64,000 nucleotides of DNA from Elsinoe ampelina (lineage: Eukaryota): the NCBI GenBank assembly GCA_010093995.1, contig ML992516.1, forward strand, positions 1 to 64,000, given 5' to 3'. How positions within the stretch are numbered: the first letter of the stretch is position 1; the number at the start of each line of letters is the position of its first letter. This document shows, one piece after another, positions 24,151 to 34,786 of the stretch. The notes under the pieces were generated by a model. The model saw only the letters and a list, made by a program, of their open reading frames with translations. It was not told the origin of the DNA and did not search any database. The translations under genes and the position numbers were made by a program.

Positions 24151-25145
24151 TCAGTGGTTGTCTTGATTACTTGACTCCTGAGTCCACTTCTCTGATTCGT
24201 GTTGCTCCCCGTTTACCATCTCATGCGTAGGTGCGGATGCCCGGTTGCCGGAAGAGTGAGGATGGACGCCGTAGAAAACGCGGAGGAACAGAGGACGGAG
24301 TGGTGGGATGGAGCCGAGGATAATGACCATCCAGACTTCCGTGACAGCCCACAACATGAAGCCTCCGAAGTCGTATGTAGGGTCGGCGCTTGAGAAGATG
24401 GAGGGCAGAGACACTATGCGACAAATGACGGCGATGGCGGGAAGGATACCGATAGCCATGAGTAAGCAGAACGCAGTCTTGACCTTTCGTGAGGCTTGTA
24501 GGTTCCATACGATGCTGATGGGCCAGAGCGCGAGGATAAAGTCGCCTGCTGCCTGAACAGCTGCAATGTGTCAGTCGCTTGTCTCTGCTGTAGTGGCCAA
24601 TGTACTAACCTCCTTGAAAGTAGCTAAATCGACTGCTAACAACCTTGAGAGGGCAAGTCCCAGGGTCCGTCAGCACCCAGATCCGACTGACAGTCGTACA
24701 TTGGAACATGCTAAGGAAGATTTGAATGAGACTGGTGCTAGCGATGAGGAAGCCGATAATCCAGAGGGTAGTTGCTCGCTTCTTTGCTTGTGGACCTTGT
24801 ACATCTAGCAGAAGCGCTATTGATGGAGAATTTTGCAAACACCGAGGGAACCAAACCAAACCAGATGGACATCCAGATATACTTGACAGCTTCGAACAGC
24901 TGTGTGAAGGACATGAGTCGTGTGTGGTTTCCGAGACCCTTTGTGACCCCGATCGAGACCACCGCAGATGCAAGCAGAGCTGTGATGAGTGCAATGACAA
25001 TCCATATGAAATCCGCCCTCCATTTCCCATTCTTCTTCGAGGCTGCATAGGCACGCAGAAGCACCAGAATGGTACTGAGGGCGACTTCTGTCCAGACGAT
25101 CCCGAGAATAGTAGGACCAAGGCCCCCAATAAGAGATTTTGCCAT
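24151..25145 (-). pseudogene. PTH11-like (CFEM-less) integral membrane receptor-family gene with an apparent 1-nt frameshift
   Basis: Multiple TM helices and PTH11-type motifs (GLGNH, AKFSI, FQC...W...GTC, DFILALWP..VWNLQ, W..TE...II.GSIP.LRP). An extra base at about 24820 shifts the frame; one intron near 24555-24610. Confidence 0.7.
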
Positions 25146-25265
25146 TGTGGGAAGGGTAAAGGGACGAAGGAAAAGAATGACAAGAAATGGTAACGCGGGA
25201 AGAAGTGAGGTTGTAGGTCATGGAAGGTTGCAGGTCATAGGCGGGAAGTGGAGATGTTTATGCTT

Positions 25266-25621
25266 ACCAGACCAGACCAGACCAGACCACGACGAGCAGG
25301 AAGAAGCGTAGTTGAAATTCGTCACATCACAACAGTATCCGACCATTCTCGGGCACACTTTCCGAATAGTACATAAAGCCCTGTCCTGGTTGTTTTAGCT
25401 TCGTATGAGACGGTTTTCCGAACGCTGAAGTTCGTCGGCAGACGCCGCGGACTGGCTGATAGACGAGAGTGATGTATACTGCACGTCTGGTAGCACCAGA
25501 CCAGACTGGTCCAGACCACGATGAGCAGGAAGAAGCGTAGTTGAGATTCGTCACATCACAACGGTATCCGAGTGAAGTTCGTCGGTAGAGATCGAGGACT
25601 GGCTGTTGGACGAGAGTGATG
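25266..25621. repeat. Imperfect local duplication upstream of the PTH11-like gene, beginning with (CCAGA)n
   Basis: CCAGACCACGAYGAGCAGGAAGAAGCGTAGTTGARATTCGTCACATCACAACRGTATCCGA occurs at about 25281 and 25511. TGAAGTTCGTCGG...GACGAGAGTGATG occurs at about 25426 and 25573. Confidence 0.8.
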
Positions 25622-27077
25622 GATGGAAGACAGGAGGAAGTTTACCTTCGTGGCCCTGCCGGTTTCCTGGTCCCAATAGAAGGTTCAATGCTTTGGCTAC
25701 GTGAGGAATCGCATCTCTAGTGTCTGCAGAAATTGTGGTATGACTGCTGATACTCCAGTACTTCGTTGGTCGCGTCCAAGACAATAGCGACCAAAGACGT
25801 TGAGAAGGTACGGAGTTTCTTCCGCAGAGTGAAGAAACGGGCAGGAATGCTGTCATGGTAACGACTTCAACGGCAAGTCCGTTAATACTGTAAGGCGAGA
25901 CATTTGAAAGGCCACATGGATCAGCCGTGTTTTCTCTCAAATAGTGCCGGACCTAGCTCCGTCGCGCTCAAATGGCCAGGAGTTGCTCGAGAGTAAACTA
26001 CCTTTGCCAACGACATCTGCCAACGCCAGCTATCGAGATGCATGGCAAGCACGAGTGCGTTCGCCGATATACAACGGATAGATATGCACATTGTAGAATT
26101 CGTGGCCGGAAGTTCTGTTGTGGCTTGAAGCCTGATGTGCGACAATGTCCATGACGAAGGAAAGGTTGCCAGCGCTGCATATTTGTTCAAGACTTGCAAA
26201 GATCGAAGCGCATTGCGCAGCTCTGCATGGAGAGCACCGGTCCAGCTCTTATCAGTGGATTGTCATGGAGTCCAGAAGATTGTCCTCGATGCAAGTTGAT
26301 GCGTGATAATTTCAGGCGGGAACAAGCAACCATGCGGCGACCTCTCCGGCGTCTGTTTCAGATATTTTTGACGACCCATGTCAGCCCAGCTTTCTCGGAT
26401 TGTATCGTTCCTCGAGGACCAGTCGGGAGGCACCATGTCCGAGGACGGCATGGGATGGTGGAGGGGCAGTGCTGGAAGGATCACAGACCACAAAGCGCTC
26501 AAAAGCTGTCGCAATGGTTGTTCGATGGGTCTTGTCTCGATGAAACAAGATGAGATGATCTCCAATAGTGGGTATATTGGATGAAGGCCGCGTCAGAGGA
26601 TAATCAAGCTTCTAGTAGACTTGTCAGGGGAAGAGAATCATGAAGATGCTGTCCTCTCTGGCGAATCATGTCCATATCAACCCCTTCATGCGGCTTAACT
26701 TACATGCGGTGATTCTCGATGAGCTTTGAATAGATTTGACACGTGTGAGGGGCCGCGAATGGTTGTTGGCTCAGGTGGATGGTCTTTTTGACCCGCGGAC
26801 GTCATTCCAAGGTCGAGCTCTCGTCGTTAGGTTGTTTGTCCAGACTTCAAACCGGCCTCCGGCTGCTTCATCTCCTGTTAATTTTTAGCTATCCGCGTTT
26901 AGAGCTCTTCTTCATGTCGTGGCATTGGCTAGCTCGCTAGTCTTTGCATTCTCTTGTCCCATCCAATAGTGTCGTTCTCGTTCAAGCTCGGATATCCTCT
27001 CAGCTTATCTGACAAACACGACAGGCTGACACCCACTCTCCAACCCTTGCCAGCATAGCCGCTTCACGCCGCCTGAC

Positions 27078-29446
27078 ATGGCCTATGCTGGAGGGCACCC
27101 TGCGGCGACATATGTGCCGGGAGGCTTCGATGAATATTATGAGCCTCCTCAGACTCCAGCTCTGGTTGCTCCTGCTCCTCAGCGGTCAGTTATAACATGC
27201 CCGCATTCCCTACCCCCATGCCCATGCCCAACCGGCAGGCACTGACGCCGTCACCCAGGATAATGCCAGAGATGTCTGACCAGATCTCCGAGGGTATAGC
27301 CCATATGGATCTGGGGAATCGGCAATCTGTCATGAGTGTAGCTTCAACGAGACCGACAAGCGTCATGGTCGTTCAACCCCTTCCGAAGCTGGTACAACCA
27401 CCGCCAAACATCCCACCTTCCGATGACGATGTCGAGCTTACACTGGAGAATGCACGACAGGCCGTTCTGTCTTCCAACGACCCCGAGATGCAATTGGCTT
27501 GGGCGCAAGATTCACTACATCAAATTGAGATCAACAACGAGGACCGGGTACGGCTACGGAACATGCAAATGCGGAGACCCCCTACTCCTCCTGCGGAAAC
27601 TCAACTCAAGATCGACGCCATGAATATCGTGAGCTTCCTGGCAGAACAACAACATCCACGAGCAGAGTTCATACGGGGCATGTGGTGGGAGCTTGGCAGA
27701 TTCGGCTGCCAGGTAGACAAGAAGGAAGCATTTAGATGCTACTCGCGCGCAGCCGACAGAAACTATGCAAGAGCAGTATACAGAATCGGCATGCTGTATG
27801 AGGCTTCGAATGATCCGATCAAAGCTTTGGGTCATTACCACAAGGGCGCTGGGTTAGGAGATGCAGCATGCTTGTACCGACTGGGTATGATGACACTGCG
27901 AGGACAACATGGACAACCGCAGGATTTTGCGAGAGGCGTGGACCTAATCAAACAGTCTGCAGCCGTGGCGGACGACAATGCCGCTCAGGGTGCTTACGTG
28001 TATGGGATGTTACTGGCTCGAGAGCTCAATCAAATCCAACTGCCTGAAGGTATACTTGCCTTTGACGAGCGAGCTGCCCGCATAGAGATTGAGAAGGCGG
28101 CGTACATGAAGTTCCCCAAGGCTCAACTGAAGATGGGCACTGCATACGAAGTGGGATCTCTCGGGTGCGAGTTTAACCCTGCCTATTCGATGCACTACTA
28201 TGCGCTAGCAGCAAGGCAAGGCGAACCAGAGGCCGAGATGGGGTTGAGCAAATGGTTCTTGGTCGGCCACGAGGGTATCTTCCCAAAGAACGAGGAGCTG
28301 GCATATGTATACGCGCAACGGGCTGCACTTTCTGGATTCGCCAATGCTGAATTCGCCATGGGCTATTTCAACGAACTCGGAATCCACATCCCAAAAAACG
28401 TCGATCTGGCTCTCGAATGGTACAAGAAGGCTGCCAGCAATGGCAACGCAGATGCCCAAGGTCGAATTGACGGCATTTCGAAGAAGCAGGTCTTGTCGCG
28501 GCAAGACCACGAGAAGGTAGCCATCAACCGCATCAAGTCGCAGTACGGCTCGAAGCGCGGCAATCGACCCGAGCGATTCTCACAAGCCAGCCGACTACCA
28601 TCAATAGGAGACGGTCAGCAGAGCCACCGTCGGACGGGAAGTGGTCAACACCCACCTCGAGCTTCGTCAGCGGTACCATATCCTATGGGTGATGGTCCTC
28701 CGGTCCTGCCGCCCTTGGGCGATCGGCCTGCCACTGTTGCTCCTTATCCAACTTCCTACGACCAGATGCCGGGCGCAAATGGCAACAGCAATTACTCAGC
28801 GCCTCCGGCCGACCGTCCATCGAGTGCTTTTAATATTGTCTCTGATCGACCTTATTCATCAATGACTGGCCCTGTCGACGGTCGTCAACGTTATCCTTCT
28901 GGACCCGGTCCTGCTCCACGCCCTGCCACATCCGTCGATGCTTACGGACGACAGCAGGGTCAGCGCATTGCATCGTCTCCTGCGGGTATGCCCGAACCTA
29001 TGCGACCACCCAAAGAAGCAGACCGTCTGGATATTGGATACTCCGCACCCGTAGATGGACGAGGCAGAAGGCCCGTCGGATCTGGGCCTAGCACACCCTC
29101 CCAAGGAGGTCATCTCAATAAGCCAATGCCTGCTCCACCAGGTGGTGCATCTCCTCATCTGAGCACGCCAAGTGGAGGTAGCTATCCCTCACGGACATCT
29201 AGCAGGCCAGACCTCAAGGCTAGCACTCCAGCGAGCAAGACACATAGTCCCGGTCCAGACTTTGGTAAGCAACAGCCTGCAAAGCCAGCAGGTCAGGCCG
29301 GTGCTACTCCGGCGAAGAAGCCAGGCAAGGGACCGAAGACATTCGAGGAGATGGGTGTGCCAGCGAAGAAGGACGACTCGGAATGTGTAAGTTGACTGGC
29401 GCTTAAATCGCAGAGTAAAATTGACAATTTTCAGGTCGTCATGTAA
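27078..29446 (+). CDS. Chitin synthase activator Chs4/Skt5-type Sel1-repeat protein with C-terminal CaaX (CVVM)
   Basis: SSNDPEMQLAWAQD, several Sel1-like repeats, and GPKTFEEMGV. Introns 27185-27258 and 29387-29434; the last exon completes ...ECVVM*. Confidence 0.85.
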
Positions 29447-29641
29447 AGACTTTGACGTATGGTCATGTTATTAGCGACTTTTGCGGCATGGAAAGGTGCT
29501 TGATCCAGCTTGGACACATAATGATTTGGATGCTTGATATACCCGAAAAAGCATAGCGTGCACTCGATGGGCCTTTCGACCTGGGTTGGCAATGGATAAT
29601 ATTACGGTGTTACCCAAAGAAGTGTCGTCCAAGCGTGCCCT

Positions 29642-31288
29642 TCATGTGGTGCTGTTCAGTGCACTTCCATTCGCAGCCCTCGCACCGTTCTCGACCTCGT
29701 TCTCACTCAAGTCGCCTTCTTCTTGGTCATCAAGGTCCGGATCAACATCATCCACATCGTCGGCCTCAATCTCTGACCCGCTGTCTGCCTGCTCACCTCC
29801 CCCATTCTTGCCTTCATCCTTCAGCTGCCCGCCTTTCCTCTTTGGAATCACCTCCAAGAACGCCTTGCCCCAGTCCTCATACTCCAACCACTTGAGCATG
29901 ATCTCCACTACGTGATTCGTAGCAAGCACCTTCCGACTCGCCATCTGCAGATAGTCGCCGATAGGTAGCCGTGCAGTCTTGATGCCTGCTTCCTTTGCCC
30001 GCTTGTAGCAGATACCCTTCTCTCGGTTCTTGTCCACTAACCCGCCAATGATGTACGTGCTATACGGCTTGAGCTCCGTAAGCGTGTCTGGCGATTCGGA
30101 TGACAGATAGACTACCTCACCCTGCTCCTGCAGGCCCGGTTTGACCTCCTCCTCTCTCTTCCGTACAAGCTGCTTCCTCTTTGCTGCCGCCGACAGTTCT
30201 TTTTCGCCGCCACCTTGTCCATTCTTCTCAGCACCCTCCCTCGTCTCGCCTTCCTGCTTGCCCTCCCCCGTCTCACCTTCCTGCTCGCCCTCTCCTTTGT
30301 CACCACTCTGCCTCTCCCTCCCCTCATTCCTGTCCTTCTTCCCATCGCCCTCCTTCTCCTCCTTCTCCTTATCCTCCTTCTCCCTATCCTCCTTCTCCCT
30401 ATCCTCCTTCTCCCCATCCTCCTTCTCCCCATCCTCCTTCTCCCCATCCTCCTTCTCCCCATCCTCCTTCTCCCCATCCTCCTTCTCCCCATCCTCCTTC
30501 TCCCCATTCCCCTTCCCCATCAACCCCTCCAACCCAAGATACCGCTCAAACGGCCCCGCCAGCCTCCCCCCCTCATCCCCCTCCCCCATCCACCCCCTCG
30601 CCCTCTCCACCACCATCCCAAACCCCTCCTCCTCGAACCTCACCCCTCTCCAACCCCTATAATGCCCCCTCAACACCCCCTCAAACCTCTCCCTCAACCT
30701 GCCCCCCCACGACGAAACGACCAAATGCGCCCTCCACCTCGCATGCTTATTATCACTATACGCCCTCGTCACCTGCGCCCCCAAACTCGTCCTCTCCCCA
30801 TCACTCATCAGGTTATCGAAACTACAATCCACGACGATGGTCACGGGGAGCTGGACCGCGCGGGGGCGGTGCGAGCCTTTGTGCAGCGACATGGGGTCGA
30901 TGCCGGACGCGAGGAGAGCGGCGCGCTGGGTGCGTTTGGTTTCTTTGCGCCGGGCGATTTCTACCTTGCGTTTGAGGCGGCGGGTCGGGGCGGCGGCGTC
31001 CCATTCTTGTTGGCGCCGGAGTTTTTTGAGTTGGTTCTTTGAGAGGCCTGGGTTGGAGACGGCGAGGGCGCGGAGGGTGGGGTCTTTGAGGTTGGGGCGG
31101 AGGGATTCAAGGGTTGCTATGTCGGAGGGGGTGGAGGGGTCGTTGGCTGTGATGGTGGATGGGGGGTTTGCCACTGGTGGAGGGTTGGAGGAGACATTTT
31201 GGGTTGTCGGGGCTTCATCGACATCCAGAATTTTGTTCGAATCATGATCTAGCTTTCTGAGCTTGGTTGGGCGTTCGTCTGAGTCCAT
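29642..31288 (-). CDS. TRM10: tRNA (guanine-9-N1)-methyltransferase
   Basis: VVDCSFDNLM...SLGAQVTRAYS, VVYLSSES...YIIGGLVDKNREKG, TARLPI...RKVLATNHVVEIM...W..AF..VIPKRK. Confidence 0.9.
   Translation of the reverse strand: MDSDERPTKLRKLDHDSNKILDVDEAPTTQNVSSNPPPVANPPSTITANDPSTPSDIATLESLRPNLKDPTLRALAVSNPGLSKNQLKKLRRQQEWDAAAPTRRLKRKVEIARRKETKRTQRAALLASGIDPMSLHKGSHRPRAVQLPVTIVVDCSFDNLMSDGERTSLGAQVTRAYSDNKHARWRAHLVVSSWGGRLRERFEGVLRGHYRGWRGVRFEEEGFGMVVERARGWMGEGDEGGRLAGPFERYLGLEGLMGKGNGEKEDGEKEDGEKEDGEKEDGEKEDGEKEDGEKEDREKEDREKEDKEKEEKEGDGKKDRNEGRERQSGDKGEGEQEGETGEGKQEGETREGAEKNGQGGGEKELSAAAKRKQLVRKREEEVKPGLQEQGEVVYLSSESPDTLTELKPYSTYIIGGLVDKNREKGICYKRAKEAGIKTARLPIGDYLQMASRKVLATNHVVEIMLKWLEYEDWGKAFLEVIPKRKGGQLKDEGKNGGGEQADSGSEIEADDVDDVDPDLDDQEEGDLSENEVENGARAANGSALNSTT
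30357..30507. repeat. 15-bp coding minisatellite, about 10 units, encoding (G/R/K)EKED repeats in Trm10
   Basis: Repeated CCATCCTCCTTCTCC unit on the plus strand. Confidence 0.9.
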
Positions 31289-31519
31289 GGTGGTGGTATG
31301 GCTGATGAATGTATGGTCCAATGCTTGGAGGTGAATTATTTCTCGTACTTCGAGTCATGTTGAGGATCGAAGCGAGTCATGTGTTCGCAACCTCACTTTG
31401 ATCTCTCCAACTGCGAGCAGCTTCACTTGGACACCATCTCAATCTTTCCGTTTTCAATCGACAGTCTCAGCACCTTCATCATTGCCTCGTAGGCTCATCG
31501 AGGGTATTCAACTGCCACA

Positions 31520-32142
31520 ATGCCCCAGGACATGCCCCCAGCCGGGGGCTACGAGCCAGTGCAGTACCGCCGCAATCTGCCCGCTCGTGGTTTCCGACCA
31601 GCATTCTACCTCGCCGCAGTGGCAGGTATCATGACATACGGCTTCTACAGATTGGGACAAGGAGTTCGGGAACACAAGTATGTCACCTCAGCTATCGACT
31701 TCCACGCCAGGACGCAGGCTTGGCATAGCGGTTCCTTAAATCGAGAAAGAGGTGATGGAGATGTTTGTCAGGGAGAGAGGCTGACAGAACAACAGCGAAC
31801 TTGGTCGAGAAAAGATGTGGTCGCGAATCCACCTCATTCCCGTACTGCAAGCGGAAGAAGATCGGGATCAAGTACGGAGGATGTTGGCGGACAAGGCGAG
31901 GGAGAAGGAGTTGTTGGGGACGGGGCACAAGATATACCACGGAGATCGGTGAGTTTCTGCCTATACCACGACTCTAGCCTCAGCGTCACGGCCGTGGGGT
32001 CGCCGCAAGGAGCAATTGCAGATGCCCTGAGAGGAGATCGATGAAGCACCGGTCGGGATAGATTCAAGGGAATATACGTGCTGACAATTTTAGATTCGTA
32101 CGACCAACATACGCCGCAACACCGAGGGAGGTTACGAAATAG
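31520..32142 (+). CDS. NADH:ubiquinone oxidoreductase subunit NDUFA13/GRIM-19 (3 exons)
   Basis: MPQDMPPAGGYEPVQYRRNLPARGF...ELGREKMWSRIHLIPVLQAEEDRDQVRR...RFVRPTY, with GT-AG introns. Confidence 0.92.
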
Positions 32143-32736
32143 AGCAATGGTGCGACAAGACTAGGAGAAGTCAGCAGCTGATAAACGAGGGCGTAGCGCT
32201 TGGAGGCGGTACGCGGCGAGTGGTTCAAGTCTCAACGAGGAAGAATGGACGAAGAGCCCAAACAATCACACTCGCGGCATGGCGGGTGTACATATATGAC
32301 CAAATGACAGATCAATCACATCCAATACCAAAAAGCGCACCGTTTCCTCACTCGGCAGCACGTTCAACAGCGCTTTGATCCAGGAACAGTCTTCACGAGC
32401 ACGACACGAACAAGCTCTTAGGGTCATCGATTCCATTTGTACCTCGCATCAAGCGAGCGTCAATCTATTTACTGTCCTTGTCCGAACATAAGTGGTATCT
32501 CCATCATGCGACAATCTCTTTTGCCCTCGACCGGCGACCAAATTGTCAACCAGATCCAATCAACGCCCGCCCTATGCCGCCAAAAGAGACGCTTCGAAAC
32601 AGATGGGTAGTATGTGCATGTCATCCTCATTTCCTTTCTCTCTTCCCTTCTCCCAGTTCTGCTTCCTCCCTCAGCCGGCACCACCTCTGCTTGCCTCTTC
32701 CCTCGACTCCACCACCCTCCTCGACCCGGGAGCACA

Positions 32737-33688
32737 CTAATCCGAGCTACCCGAGCTACTCCCATCCGTCAATCGGTCCAGCACGCTGATACTGATAACT
32801 ATCACCACCAACGCAGTCGTGACCAGAATGAGCAGCGCGAATCCGAACCAACCCAAAACCATAGCTGCCGTGCCGACGCCGCTCTTGACGCTGCCATTCC
32901 CGAAGTCTTGCGCCACTTGCGCTGCGGCCACTGATGCTGTATGTTGCCATAATACTGACACAAGCACGAAGACGGCAGCGATGAAGGCGAGAGCGAGGGC
33001 GATCTGTGCTGCAAAGCGATTGGGAAAGGGCTTGACATCCACCGTGGAGCCGTTCATGTCGCGCTCTTCTCGCCAGGTCGGGAAGGTGGCGAGGACGAGG
33101 AAGACGAGAAAGGCGAAGATGATGGCTACGATGCTGGGGATGGTCAGTGGTGCAACCTTGGGAGAGGTGGAGTAAGCTTACATGAGGTAGGGAAACACGA
33201 CATCATTCTTGAATGTGTTGGCGATGAAGATGAGGTTGAGCGGATCTTGGTCGATCGAGATCTGCTCGGCGAGGAGCGTGGCATTGTTGCTGCATAAGAA
33301 GCTGCTTCCGTCTGGAGTGATGCAGAGACCAAAGTAGCCGACGCGGACTTCGAGCATGGCATCGCCGACGATGTTGGCTATCGCGGCTGTCACACCGGGA
33401 TTGACTTGCGTTGGGTCATACTCGGGAGTGTAGGATTCGTAGAAGAAATCGATGAGGAATATATCGGGGATGAGTGGGGATGAGGATGAGCAGCCTGCGA
33501 GCAGAAGAGCTGGGTTGTATTAGCAGAGGTTCTTCAAAATTTCCAGAATTGTACGAACATAGTAGAACGATTGCAATGGCGATCAAGATCATCAATAGTT
33601 GATGAAAGCCTAGGAACGGCAGGAAACGCTGTATCCGTACTGCGAACTTGACGGAAGAAGCGCTCGAACTGCTACTCGAGGACGTCAT
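32737..33688 (-). CDS. FIG1: Fig1-type Ca2+-influx / mating membrane fusion protein (SUR7/PalI-like 4TM), 3 exons
   Basis: EVRVGYFGLC..C claudin-like motif, DPLNLI..A..FKNDVVFPYL, LWQHTASVAA and VKSGVGTAAMVLGWFGF. Confidence 0.8.
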
Positions 33689-34786
33689 GATGTGTGCTTA
33701 TCGCCCTCCTTCTTTTGATGATTATCAGCGGCACCCGAAGGGCCGATCTGGGTGTTGAAGCTCAGATCAAACGGATATGGGCCTCGTGTGCCTCGTGGTA
33801 GAAGGAATGTGTCGGTCTCGGAATGTGGTGGTCGACAACGATGGTTGGTCCGGCTTGCTTTGCAGACGTTTGGGTGGACGAACGACTGTTGCAGAATAGA
33901 TATGCTTGATGTTCAACGGTCAGAACGGGTATCTCCAAAGAGTATCGTGAACGATGGGACAGTCGATATGGATAGTGATTGTGTCTTTTGCGAGGAAGAG
34001 TGTGTGAAGGGGAGAAGGAATAGATGGCTTAGCTGAGTAAGTTTTCTGTTCAGGTCTGGCTATCCCTGCCTCCGTTCTTGTCTTTGAATTTCGCGAATGT
34101 GTCACCGTATGCAAGTCAAAATCATGAGGTTGGATGTACTCTACTTCCAGCCATTTTTTGGGAGCTCCGCTAGTGTTTACTCGTGGAATAGTCGCTGGGG
34201 TGATGCGCTTCGGCCAATGACAGCGCGTGAAAGATTGGGTCGGGTCGATCCTGCGCCACGGCGTCCTTTCCAGCCACATATTTCCTGGAGACTGACTCGA
34301 AACAGTGAAAAATCCCGCTGAACGTCGGAGGACTTCACAAATACAGACAAGGCGCCAGCATCAGATATAGCACGCTGATGTGGTTCTCTTTGCTGTCCCA
34401 ACTTTTACGCTGCCAAGGCCGGTGGCGTCCCCAAAGACAGGCGGCGGAGCGGTGTCATCAAAACTTGCTCAGAGTGATACACGTCGCCTGGCATCCTTGG
34501 ATACGATATGGCAGAGCAGTATAGTATGTATCTTCCCTGTATGCTAGTGGGCTCGAAAGATATGTGAGTCCGCGCTGGAAATATGGTGGGTTGGACAAAC
34601 GGCGATTCTACGCTAGAAGAAACCCAGTGGACTGGTTGACGTGGGCACAACGGGCAGCATGTGAGCGGCAAGGTTGCGGATTAGGTAAGGCATCGCATTC
34701 ACGCGATGCACACTTTGCACTCTTTCTTTCGCCTTCTAACACACATCACACCACCTTTATCGACATCTTGGACAATCCCCTTCGTC

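Noticed and set aside
25900..26600. Short ORFs between the PTH11-like and Chs4-type genes
   Set aside because: No recognisable motifs or consistent splice structure.
30112..31042. Overlapping ORFs with MGRRR, PILLL or PPSPH repeats
   Set aside because: Alternative-frame and antisense shadows of the 15-bp minisatellite in TRM10.
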